Part shown: piece by piece, positions 52,620 to 64,000 of the stretch | Layout: the number at the start of each line of letters is the position of its first letter | How positions within the stretch are numbered: position 1 is the stretch's first letter | Origin: Pristiophorus japonicus | Lineage: Eukaryota | Assembly: GCF_044704955.1 (NCBI RefSeq) | Contig: NC_091999.1 | Location: forward strand, 53,692,001 to 53,756,000 | Length of the DNA stretch: 64,000 bases | Direction: 5' to 3' | Translations under genes and position numbers: made by a program | The notes under the pieces: generated by a model | Database searches by the model: none | Seen by the model: the letters and a program-made list of their open reading frames with translations, nothing else | What the model was told of the DNA's origin: nothing

Positions 52620-53445
52620 CAGTGTCTAGAGTGATTTAAATAGAGACTGGGTCAAGTGCAAGATAAACAGAGACAGGCTCTAGTGTAACATAAAAAGAGA
52701 CAGGTTCTAGTGTATTATAAACAGAGATATGGGCGAGTGTAACATAAACAACGAAAGGGTCTAGGTTAATATAAACAGAGACAGAGTAGTGTAATATAAA
52801 CTGAGACAGGATCTAGTGTAATATAAGCAGAGACAGGGTCCAGGGTACTATAATCAGAGACAGGATCTAGTGTAATATAAACTGAGACAGGGTCTAGAGT
52901 AATATAAAGAGCGACAGGGTCTAGTGTAATATAAACAGAGACAGGGTCTAGTGTAATAAAAAAAAAGAAACAGGGCCTGGTGTACTATAAACAGAGACAA
53001 TGTCTAATGTAATATAAAGAGAGATAAGGTCTAGTGTAATATAAACATAGACAGCGTCAAGTGTGATATAAACAGAGACAGGGTCGTGTAATATAAACTG
53101 AGACAGGATCTAGTGTAATATAAGCAGGGACAGGGTCCAGGGTACTCTAATCAGAGACAGGATCTAGTGTATTATAAACTGAGACAGGGTCTAGTGTAAT
53201 ATAAACAGAAACAGGGTCAAGTGTAATATAAACAGAGACAGGGTCTAGGGTAATATAAACAGAGACAGGTTCTAGTGTAATAAAAAAAGAAACAGGGCCT
53301 GGTGTACTATAAACAGAGACAATGTCTAGTGTAATATAAAGAGAGACTGGGTCTCGTGTAATATAAACAGAGACAGTGTCTAGTATAATGTAAGCAGGGA
53401 CAGGGGCTTGTGTAATCTCAGCAGAGACAGGGTCAAGTGCAGTAA
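52620..53445. repeat. 27-bp minisatellite array
   Basis: Direct. Confidence 0.93.
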
Positions 53446-53554
53446 TACATTTTAAATCTCTGGCTTGTGGTTACTGTACGTCCTACCAGTGGAAAAGTTT
53501 TCTCACTAATTACTCGTTTAAAACTCCTCATAATTTTGTTCGCCACTATTAAAA

Positions 53555-55395
53555 CAGCCTTAAAATTCTCGGATCTCAGGAGCACCGTCCCAGTTTCCAG
53601 CTGCTTTACTGATGCACCTCATGAACATCCAGATGGGGAGTCGCGAAGATTTGATATGGAAATCCCATTTTACATCAGTGCCAGAATATCATCCCAGGCA
53701 AAATAAGAGCATTATCCCCGGGAATTCAACTGACTGTGCAAGACTCGTCTCAGGCACTGAACTTTGGGCACTCTGAACTAAATGACAACATCTAAAAAAT
53801 AAAGCTGTGATGTGCTAAAGCCCCGGTACAATGGGATCAATCTAGCCTCTGACTGAGAAGGCTGTGGGTTCAAACCCTTCTCCAGAGACTGAGCACATAA
53901 TATCGGCTGGCACTCCCGGTGCGAGTACCGAAGGTGAAGGGTGGGGGGACTATATTCTCGGTAGTGCAGTCTTTCGGAAGAGACGTTATATCTGTTGAGT
54001 CTCCCCTCACAGTTGGATGTAAGAGATTGAATGACACTATTTTAAACAGCAGTGGAGTTCACCTCGGTGTCCATTACACATATTTATCCATTAACCAGCA
54101 TCACTAAAGAACAGATTCTGTGGTTATTATCATGTTACGTTTGTGCGCAATTTGACTCCACGTTTCCTGCATTACAAAAGTGACTACACTTCAAACGTAC
54201 TTCATTGTAAAGTGCTTTTGGACATTCCGAGGACGTGAAAGTCGTGAAAGTTATTTCTAAATATCAACATTTAAAATACACGTTGCAATGGGTCACTACT
54301 CTGGTCGCTGTTCTAACTTGTTTAGTTTAACTGGCTGGAATCTTACGCTAAATGGACATCCAGTGTATCACTGATCTGTTCAGAGAAGTTCCACTGACTT
54401 TGTAGCAGAATTTTCATAAATTAATTTTTAATTTTAATATTTTCCCTTTGATATAAATCACATCTCTTCTAGTAGAACAAACCAAAAACCGACGTCACTG
54501 CTGGAGATATTTCCATTTCTTTGTAGCAGCTAACAATATTCATAAAATAAACCCATGCTGTGAGTTAAAACTAATCAGTAACGACTTTGTGGATTTGCTT
54601 TTGCTCCCATAAACACTTCATGGAAACCAATGAGGTGTTTATGTAAATAAACACAGAAATAGAAGTCCCAGATTAGAATATTGAACGGCAGAAACAGAAT
54701 AAATGTTTCCTCATCAATACAGAATAGAAATAAATGGAGAGAGAAATGCTAATGTCTCAACGGATTCCAGCAACAATTGATGTTTCGGATATTTATTTCA
54801 GTTATTGGTGAACAAATCAACGATGATATCCACGGTCAGAATGGGGAAAGATTCTACTCACCGTATATAGTGACAGCTCAGATGTATTAGTGGCAATTCC
54901 CTGTATCCCCTCCCCCTCTGCCTCTCTCTACTATCCCCACCTTCTGCCTTGCCTTTAAAGAATGCCTCATTATCTTTATCTCACAATAAGAAGTCAATGC
55001 CTAACAAAATTGTTCCCTAAGATCTATTTCCAGGCCTCAAACCAAATTGGTGGGGGTGCGGAGAGGCAGCTTTATAATAAAATATGTCGTGTGAACTCAA
55101 AGATTCTGGGTGTTTGATGGGACTCTGTAGAGGGAAATTTACTCTGCATCTAACCCCGTGCTGTATCTGCCCTGGGAGCGTTTGATGGGACGGCTTCGAG
55201 GGAGCTTTGCTCTGCATTGACCAGTGATGTAACTGCCCTGGAAGAGTTTGATGGGACGGTGTAGAGGGGGCTTTACTCTCTATCTAAACCGTGCTGTACC
55301 TGCCCTGGGAGTGTTTGATGTGACGGTGTAGAGGGAGATTTTCTCTGCAGAGACCCGCGCTGTCTCTGCCCTGGGAATGTTTGATGGCACAGTGT
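53555..55395 (+). repeat. Partial, most diverged unit 5 (SINE 53818-54258, unique block, 67-bp repeat)
   Basis: CCCTTTGATATAAATCACATC and TTTATGTAAATAAACACAGAAATAGAAGTCCCAGATTAG anchors shared with units 1-4. Confidence 0.85.
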
Positions 55396-55629
55396 GACAT
55401 CCCTATCGCAGAAAAATTTTATTATCAGTGCAACTTCCTGTATATTGCATTTCGTTTTTACGTGTTTGACATCATCACGTCAGCAACACGAAACAATGGG
55501 TGACGTCATTGTTTACAAAAATGCAGCGTCATCAACGTGACTTGCTCGCCATAGCTACATCAGTGCAACCTCTGACCCTCAGCCACACGCATTGCTCGAT
55601 TTGACCTATATAGACACATCTATACTCCA

Positions 55630-57250
55630 GCGTCCAGTGCAGTAACAACCGAGATAGATCCAATTGTAACATAGACAGAGAGAGGATATAGTGTAATATA
55701 TACAGTGACAGGGTCTAGTGTAAAATAAACAGGCACAGCGTCCAGTATAATATAAACAGGGACAGGGTCTAGTATAATATAAACAGTGTCTAGTGTAATA
55801 TAAACAGAGACAAGGTCTAGTGTAATATAAACAGAGACAGTGTCTAGTGTAATATAAAAAATACAGGATCTAGTGTAATAGAAACAGAGACAGTGTCTAG
55901 TGTAATATAAACAGAGACAGTGTCTAATGTAATATAAACAGAGACAGGGTCTAGTGTAATATAAACAGTGTCTAGTGTAATATAAACAGAGACAGGGTCT
56001 AGTGTAATACAAACAGTGATAGGGTCTAGTGTAATATAAACAGTGTCTAGTGTAATATAAACAGAGACAGGGTCTAGTGTAATACAAACAGAGACAATGT
56101 CTAGTGTAATATAAAAAATACAGTGTCTAGTGTAATATAAACAGAGACAGTGTCTAGTGTAATATGAACAGAGGCAGTGTCTAGTGTAATATAAAAAATA
56201 CAGGGTCTAGTGTAACATAAACAGAGACAGTGTCTGGTGCAATATAAACAGAGACAGTGTCTAGTGTAATATAAAAAATCCAGGGTCTAGTATAATATAA
56301 GCAGAGACAGGGTCTAGTGTAATATAAATAGAGACCGGGTCTAGTGTAATATAAATAGAGACAGTGTCTAGTGTAATATAAACCGAGACAGGACCCATCT
56401 ATTATAAAGAGGCATGGGATAGTATAATATAAACAGTGACAGGGTCCAACGTAATATAACAAAGGATATCGTGCACTAATCATAACTAATACATGATCTA
56501 TTGTATTAGAAACATTGACATTTTCTAGTGCAATATAAACTGATACAGTGTCTAGTGTAATATAAAGGGAGACAGGGACTAGTGAAATATTGATATAAAT
56601 AGGGTGTACGGTAATATAAACAGAGACAGCGTCCAGTTCAATAGTAACTGAGAATGGTTCTAATGTATTATAACGGAGGGCCTAGTACTGTGATAACTGA
56701 TACAGAGCCTAGCATAATACAAAAAGAGACAGGGTCCAGTGCAGTGTAACTGAGACAGGATTTACAGTATTAAAATAGATCCCGAGACTAGTGCATACTA
56801 ACTGAGACAGGACCTTGTGCAATCTGAATAGAGAGATGATCTAGTGCAGTTATAATTAAACACGGTCGAGAGTAATCTAAACATATATAATGTCTAGAGT
56901 AAATTGATAGCAACATTCTAGCCATGCAAATCTTCATGTCTGTCTGACTGTCTATCTGTCTGTCTGTCTGTCGTTCGGTCGGTCGGTCCGTCCGTCTGTC
57001 CGTCCGTCCGTCGATTCGTACTTCTATCCATCTATGGGTACTTCTATCTAATATTGCACTAGACCCCGTCGCTGTTTATATTACACGAGACACTTTCTCT
57101 GTTTATATTCTTCCAGACATTATCCATGTTTATATAACACTGGACCCTGTCTTTGTTTATATTACACTAGACCCTGTCTCTCTTTATATTCTTCCAGACA
57201 CTATCCCTGTTTATATTATCCTCGACACTGTCTCTCTTTTTATTACACCA
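55630..57250. repeat. 27-bp minisatellite array (55630-56830), (GTCT/GTCC)n microsatellite, and inverted minisatellite copies (57050-57250)
   Basis: Direct; CCCTGTCTTTGTTTATATTACACTAGACCC is the reverse complement of the unit. Confidence 0.9.
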
Positions 57251-58039
57251 GATCATCTTTCTTTTTCAAATATATATTGATTTCCCTATTTGAAATTTAT
57301 AATTGAATCTGCTGCCATCACCCTTTCTGGCATTACATTCCAGGTTATTACAACTCGCTTCTTAAAATATCTCCTTATCTCCCGTCTAGATTTATTTTAT
57401 CTTTATCCTCTGGTTACCGATAGACCTGCCAATGGAAACCCTACCTTACTATCAACTCTATGAAACCCCTTCACAATTTTGAAAACATCTGTTAATTCTC
57501 CCCTAAGCATTCCCTGCTGTAATAAGAATAATCCCATCCTCTCTCGTCTCCACATAACTGTATACCAATCTCCTCTGCATCCTCGGCAAGAGCCCGACAA
57601 TCTTCCTAAAATGTGGATTGAAATAAATGCAATCTTTATTTGCCCTTCAGAATATTTCTAAGGATACATGCTCCCTTCAAATTTGACTGACTGAATAGCA
57701 TTAATTATATTGTTTTACTTGTTTTGACAATGTAGACGGTGACTGAAATGCTCAGCAACATCCGTCTCCACATGACTCATGTATCGATATGATCACTGTC
57801 GCCACCTGCTGATAAATGACATCTACTGCATGCCCCAGAGCTTACTTTAAACATGATTCATAATTTCAACCACAATAACTTGCTTGAACGTTAACCCAGA
57901 GGATTTATTTTAGAAGAAACCACAAGAGGTGCAGATGATCAGGTAGTATCAAGGGCGGAATTAGCAACATTATTGTTGCAACTTCACTTTCAGCTCATCA
58001 TACATAGCCGTCAGATTAGATAAACTTCCATAATGAATA

Positions 58040-58860
58040 AAAACCTCACAGGAAAAATGGTGCGACCGTGGCTAACAAGGGAAGTTAAAGATAGTATTAG
58101 ATTAAATGAACAGGCTTAGAATGCTGACAAAAAGAATAGTAAGACCGACAATTGGGAAGATTTTTCAATGCTGCAAAAGATGCACATGCAACTGATAACA
58201 TGGCAGAAAATATAAAATTAAATAAGCTATCAAAAACCTAAAAACAGATTGTTAGAGCGTCTACACGTGTACAGAAAGATGACTTAAATTAGTGTCCTCT
58301 ACAATACAAAATTAGGTGGGACAGTAAACAGTGAGGAAGAAGTAAGGAGGCTGCAAAAGGATATTGACAGGATAAGTGAGTGGGCAAGAACGTGGCAGAT
58401 TGAGTATAATGTGGAGAAGTGTGAAGTTACGCACTTTGGTAGGACAAATAGAAACGCAGATAATTTTTTGAATGCTGAGAAACTGGGTAATGTTGTTCTT
58501 CAGAAAGACCTGGATGGCCTTGTACACGAATCACAGAAAGCTAACATAGAGCCAAAGTGAGCAATTATGAAAGCAAATGGTAAGCAACATTTTATTGCAA
58601 AGGGATTGGAGTATTAGAGCAAAGAAGCCTTCATGCACTTATATCGGGCCCTGCTAAGACTACACCTGGTTTATTGTGTACAGTTTTGTTTTCCTTACCT
58701 AAGGATGGATACATTTGCCTTGGGGGGAGTGCATCAAGGTTCATCAGACTGATCTGATTCCTGGGACGGCGGCGGGGTGGGGGGCGGATAGGGTGCAGGG
58801 GTTGGGGGCTGTCCTATGAGGAGCTATTGAGTATCTAATGTCCATATTCACTAGAAAATC
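58040..58860 (+). mobile_element. Decayed CR1 fragment
   Basis: AGGCTGCAAAAGGATATTGACAGG..AAGTGAGTGGGCAAG and GAAAGCAAATGG CR1 RT-end sequence. Confidence 0.75.
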
Positions 58861-61139
58861 AGAACATAAGAACATAAGAATTGGGAGCAAGATTAGGCCA
58901 TACGGTTTCTCGAGCCTGTTCCGTCATTCAACGTGATCATGGCTGATCTTCTACCTCAACTCCACTTCCCTGCACTATCCGGAACTCTGAATGGAAACAT
59001 ATGCAGGGCTTCGGGGAAAGGGCAGGGGATTGGGTCAATTATGCAAAGTACTTCAAGTGTCGTCTAACCAAGTTCAGCATAACTTTTGCACTTTTCAATT
59101 CTATCCCTCTAGAAATAAACCCGAGTGCAGGTTTTCTTCTTTTTATGGCATTATTAACCTGCGTCACTACTTTTAGTGATGTGTGTATTGTTCCTCCATC
59201 CCACTTAGATTCTTATTTTAAAAGTGATAAGTGACCTCCTTATTTTTCTCACCAAAATGTAATACCTAATACTTGTCTGTGTTGAAATTAGTCAATTCAT
59301 GTATTCTTGTAATTCGTTGCAGTGTTCCACAGTATTGACCCCCCGACCCGCCCGCCCTTCGTGCATTCGAAAATTTAGAAGTTGTGTTTTTGACTCCAAA
59401 ATCTAAATTGTTAATATAAGTTGTGAACAATAGTGGACCCAGCACAGATCATTGTGGTNNNNNNNNNNNNNNNNNNNNNNNNNNNNNNNNNNNNNNNNNN
59501 NNNNNNNNNNNNNNNNNNNNNNNNNNNNNNNNNNNNNNNNNNNNNNNNNNNNNNNNNNNNNNNNNNNNNNNNNNNNNNNNNNNNNNNNNNNNNNNNNNNN
59601 NNNNNNNNNNACTGATACTCCAGCTGACTGCTGCTATTGACATAGTGTCTGAGACATTGGATATATTTCCTTTCCTGGGATATGGGAATAGTTACACACA
59701 TTTACACAACGAAAAAATTAAACTTATCTCCAGCACTGTTACTGGGTAAATGTGTATATAAATAGGTCTTTTGACAATGTAAAGATATTGAAGTTGGCTT
59801 CCAGGCATGCGGTCAGTAGTGAGAAAAGAGACCTTTGATTGACTGCACAAAACCCCACATGCTTCCTATAAATGACACTGGTGTTCGAGGCTCGCGGACG
59901 GCAGTCGGTTGGGTTACTGGTAAATATTGTGTGGGTCAGATTAGCGTGAACAAGAATGGGAGAAAGATGATATTTAACTATTTGAACATTAAATTATTCA
60001 GTCGAACTTTTAAAATAAGAAACATTTTACATGGTATAACATCTCAAGAATGATTTTCCGTAAATTCCATGCTCACCATATTATAAAATAGGATCAGAAA
60101 ATAATGAATTGATCGACACAGTATCTAATGAAAACCATTTCCAATAAAGAACATTCCAGATTATTCAGTCCCTTTATTCAGTACAGCATAAAGTGCTGGA
60201 GAGAGGTTTAATGGCCCCGCCCCACACTGTAATGAGATGACTGGGATTCGCAAAGTAACTAAAACAAGTTGTATTGCCTTGAATATTCTCACAGAGAAGT
60301 GCCAGCTGCACTTCTTTAATATTCTCACAGAATTTTGTGCCTGGTCTAAACTAATGTCTCCATTATTCCTGATTAGTAGCCGCGCAGTTTGCGATGTAAT
60401 TTGAGCTGATTTGGATCCCTGAACAACCCCTCTCATAGCCCGGCTACCATTGGGTGGTGAAATGTCCAGATTGTGATCTGTTTCTGCTGGAGATTAAGCA
60501 TTTATTCCTGTGATATTCTGTAACATACCGCTATCTCCTCATACACCGTGTTCATGTTCCCCGTGTCTATTACACATTCGGTCGCTATTAAAGTTAGCAG
60601 CAAGGATTTGGACGTCGAGGTTTGCTGATCACATTATCGGTTCTGATTCACAAGCTTCTCTCATGAAACGCAGGTCTGAAGCGGGCGGGCCCCACATTCT
60701 TATGTGTCTCCGTCAACTCACTCCTTAATCATCAGTCAAGCGGACTTATTTTACAGCTAATTTTACAAACGGCGGACTTAGGGTCACAGACTCAGGGGCA
60801 GTTCGTGAAATGCAATGAGAGACAATTGTATAATGTGAGGAGTATGATTTCATCTCCAGACCAAAAGTGTAGCTTTAGCCACTTACACCGTAAACAGAAT
60901 CACATTACTCATCTCCCGCACTCGGTTACATAGAGTGATAACAGTTCAGATTATAGGGGACAAGTTATTGGTACAGATGCATGGATAGATAGAGGGAGAT
61001 AGAGAAACACAAACTGGCAGTGTATTTAGAACCTGATAATTTAATTCAATCTCAGAGATCCACATCTCCTGTGAAACAGTGAGGAAATAAAAATATTTAA
61101 TTTACAGTCCAGATGTGAGTCCATTCTGTTGGTGATGTG

Positions 61140-61230
61140 GAAGGTGTGACGTGGATCCAGAAACCGCCCCTATCAGGGAATCAATGGGCGGCGTCTGTAA
61201 CCTCGCCCCCAGCTCCCGGGTATTTAACTG
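61140..61230 (+). promoter_or_regulatory. IgH V promoter: CRE-like TGACGTG (61147), GC boxes (61164, 61186), TATTTAA (61221); no octamer
   Basis: Motifs seen 90-170 bp upstream of the leader ATG; chondrichthyan IgH promoters are known to use a CRE-like element rather than the octamer. Confidence 0.75.
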
Positions 61231-61318
61231 CTGTCACTGGGACCGCAATACAACAGTCCGGGGGTGGGTTTGCCCAGTGAGTTCTTGCCGGAACCATTCA
61301 CCACACATTGCCAGGAGG

Positions 61319-61364
61319 ATGAGGTCGGCGATTGCGCTCAGTCTGTTGCTGGCTTTCTTTTCCC
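61319..61364 (+). CDS. IGHV: IgH V leader exon (MRSAIALSLLLAFFS)
   Basis: Signal peptide, phase-1 GTGAGT donor at 61365, 126-bp intron. Confidence 0.95.
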
Positions 61365-61490
61365 GTGAGTAGTTTTTATCGTCCAATCTCTCACTGTTAC
61401 TGTCTCAGTGTTAGTCTCTCTCTGGAATGTTACAGAGTCAGGAATGATTTCACCAGGATTGATCCTCGGAGTTTTTGATTATTTTTACAG

Positions 61491-61796
61491 GTGTCCACTC
61501 GGATGTGGTGTTGACTCAGTCCGAGGCAGAGACCAGGATTCCCGGAGGCTCCCTGAGAGTGACCTGTAAAACCAGCGGCTTCAATCTTGGTGGCACCTCG
61601 ATGTACTGGGTCCGCCAGGTTCCCGGACAGGGGCTAGAGTGGCTGGTTTACTACGACAGTCCATCGAGCAAGTATTACGTCCCAGGGATTGAGAGACGAT
61701 TTACTGCGTCCAAAGACACTTCAAACAACATCTTCACGTTGGACATGAAGAAACTGAAGAGCGAAGACACCGCCATCTATTACTGTGCAAGGGACC
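61491..61796 (+). CDS. IGHV: IgM-type heavy-chain variable exon, open and intact
   Basis: TTTTACAG acceptor; [56 protein letters not shown], typical of shark IgM VH. Confidence 0.98.
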
Positions 61797-61835
61797 CACA
61801 GCGAGATGAACCAGGGCTGGACCCGTACAAAAACA
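61797..61835 (+). promoter_or_regulatory. VH recombination signal, 23-bp spacer (CACAGCG-23-ACAAAAACA)
   Basis: Counted directly. Confidence 0.95.
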
Positions 61836-62234
61836 GATCGAGGGGGAATTCAACAACTTCCATCATAACGGTCAGTAATTGTGTCAAATGCAATGTTACC
61901 CGCAGTGTACAGAACAATACCATAAACCGCTTCTTACAAAACTAACACACTGAGAATTAAATGGGAAAATCTAACACACTAACCCATCGACGGAGGGGAG
62001 GTTTGATTGTGCTCCTGTTTAATGTTAAAGTGTCAGCAATTGCAGAGCTGGAAATGATACTCGATTCACTGTGCCTGGTACATGCAGGGAGTTGGGTAGA
62101 ACTGTGTTTACTCTCTAGTGTGTTGTGCAAACTGTTGGCTAAATTCTAAACTTGATCAGAAGCGAATGTGTATGTGAAGTGAATGTCTATTTGACGTGAA
62201 TGTTGAGAGTCAGTACTGAGCAGAGAGTGAGTGC

Positions 62235-62317
62235 AGTATATGTGCGGGTTCCTGTCACTGTGGGACTACAGCAGTGGGCCACGGTGGTATACAGAGCGAG
62301 CTCTCAATACAAAAACC
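62235..62317 (+). other. IGHD: DH (D1-type) segment GGACTACAGCAGTGGGC (62263-62279) with 12-RSS and 22-RSS
   Basis: AGTATATGT-12-CACTGTG on the 5' side; CACGGTG-22-ACAAAAACC on the 3' side. Confidence 0.93.
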
Positions 62318-62652
62318 CCAGACAGGGAGTTTGGTCAAACCTGCGATCATTAAAACGCCAGGAGCGTCGAAGGAACTGAGGCTTAAATAAAAATAAATAG
62401 AAGTAAAATATTTATCTATCTATATATATATATATATATATATTTAAATGCATAAAAGTTTTCTTCTTTATTACTATTGATTGCCATGCTGAATCTGCAC
62501 AGATGCTTCAGAATTATTCCAATCATTTTTGTAAATATAATGAACGGTACAAAATGAAATATCTCGCTGAGTCACTCTTACAGGAGTCGGAATCGGGTTT
62601 TTAGAGCTGGGTGGAATTTAATCTCTGTATTTTACAGTTAACAGTCCACCGG

Positions 62653-62680
62653 AGTATGTGACACGACGTGTCTCACTGTG
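62653..62680 (+). promoter_or_regulatory. RSS in front of JH, best fit 12-bp spacer (AGTATGTGA-12-CACTGTG)
   Basis: Nonamer matches the D 5' nonamer at 7/9; positions expected for 22/23 spacers (AGTCCACCG/CAGTCCACC) are not nonamer-like. Confidence 0.7.
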
Positions 62681-62730
62681 TAACGCAATGGACTACTGGG
62701 GACAAGGGACCATGGTGACGGTGACTGCAA
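62681..62730 (+). CDS. IGHJ: JH segment (NAMDYWGQGTMVTVTA), possibly germline-joined D2J
   Basis: WGQG motif, phase-1 GTAAGG donor at 62731. Confidence 0.96.
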
Positions 62731-62769
62731 GTAAGGAACATTCACTCATTCAGTGACTCTTGTATTTGT

Positions 62770-64000
62770 GTCTTTATTTTATATTTCTGTTTATTTTAAT
62801 AATTATTTTTTTCACTGAAATTTGGGTTCGGTGGATTTTGTTTTGAGAATTTTTTTGCAATGTTCAATGTTATTCTGCTGCAAAGTGATTATAGAATTCA
62901 ACTGTTTCTCCACTGAAAATGTTGTTGGTGTGATTTGGTATTTATTTGCTGACGAGACATGTGCCTGGGTTACTCTAAATACGTTATGGCTTTTACACTG
63001 TTTGATGTTTCTGCAATATTTAATTTTGGTGACCTCTAATTGCTGCAGTTTTTCTGATCGAATGCAAACATTGTGTATAAATATGTTTAAAAGAACATTG
63101 TAGGCACAAAACAGAAAGCTTAGCGATCAGTAAATAAGCTTAAGGAATTTTAAGTTTTTTTTTAATGCAAATTGCATTGTCATCTACTGACCGAATGTTT
63201 CCGAACGCTCAGATTCAATACATGAGATGCTACTGTACTTAAGAACTGGAAAATTAACATATTTCACGCTAGGACACAGTTAAATTAATATTATTAACAT
63301 TAATATAATGTAGCAATATCACCACGTTTTATTAAATATGCTATAATATCAACATTAATGTATTAAACATGATCCGTTTGATCGCAATTCTGCTTTCATT
63401 ATTTTATATTTCTGTTGAATTCAATCTTTAGTTATTTCAGTGTTAGGCGGGTTTGGTGATTGTGTAATGAGATTTTTTGCAATGATACATTTGATTCTGC
63501 TGAAAGGGTTTATAAAATGAAGCGTCTGCTCCATGAAAGGTTCTGTCGAGGGATTTCGCCCCTCAGTGATGTGATTTAGTGTTGATCTGCTGAGGAGAGG
63601 TATGCCTGTGTTACTCAGAATACCTATAATTTGTGAAACTGTTTGGCGTTTCTACAATGTTTAATATCAGTGCCAGCGGGTAGCATCAGGTTTCTGCTCG
63701 AATGCAAACACGATATGTGTTTGAAACTGTTTGAAAACAGATTATAGGCAGAGAACAGGACGGGTTTAGAAATCAGAAATCATTGAAAGGTATTTTAACA
63801 TAACAATTATACAAGTGATAAATATATATTCAACTATTAATCTATCTTTACGATGCTGATATTTTATTGTGTGAAATGTAACTAATTTCCATCTACATAA
63901 TTAATGTGTTCAGGTTGTAGTTGAATTAAATTAATATTAAGCAACCGATTATAATGCGATAATATCTCCCAGTGTTGTTAAAATATGCTATAAGTCTAAT
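62770..64000 (+). repeat. Old ~625-650-bp tandem duplication in the J-C intron
   Basis: Paired anchors ATATTTCTGT 62781/63406, AATGCAAACA 63061/63701, AAATATGCTATAA 63334/63982. Confidence 0.75.

Larger units (their letters stand above)
40988..53450 (+). repeat. Segmental tandem duplication unit 4 (start block truncated)
   Basis: Colinear blocks; begins partway through the unit-1 start block. Confidence 0.85.

Noticed and set aside
56924-56931. Octamer ATGCAAAT as an IgH promoter element
   Set aside because: 4.4 kb from the leader, in repeat context; single 8-mers occur by chance (others lie inside the repeat units).
61797-61945. C-terminal extension of ORF 61475..61945
   Set aside because: Read-through of the RSS and V-D spacer, not coding.
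62596-62640. GGTTTTTAG nonamer-like motif as a hidden D2 or J RSS
   Set aside because: No heptamer at 12 or 22/23 bp spacing.

Overview
Repeat-rich vertebrate DNA, almost certainly from a cartilaginous fish (shark-type IgH cluster, Deu-domain SINEs, shark-type CR1s). It has three layers. (1) Positions ~1-56,800 are a head-to-tail array of about five diverged ~10-kb units (starts ~1, 11294, 31231, 40988, 53555). Each unit carries the same SINE, 67-bp and 27-bp tandem repeats, CR1/LINE fragments and several unique blocks; on the + strand these blocks read as heavily decayed immunoglobulin C1-domain relics (tentative). (2) Unit 2 is split by a 9.65-kb, full-length but defective endogenous retrovirus on the - strand (14992-24643). 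Its LTRs are ~97.5% identical, it has a tRNA-Ser PBS and class I (gamma/epsilon-like) gag-pro-pol, a CNPase-like 2H phosphodiesterase domain sits between protease and RT, and its envelope is non-gamma type (short SU, long Cys-rich TM). (3) Positions 61.1-62.7 kb hold the intact 5' part of an IgM-type heavy-chain cluster: promoter, leader, VH-23RSS, 12RSS-D-22RSS, and a JH preceded by an apparent 12-bp-spacer RSS with no free D2. That points to a germline-joined D2J or a single-D cluster. All alignments and counts were done by eye; no database searches were run.
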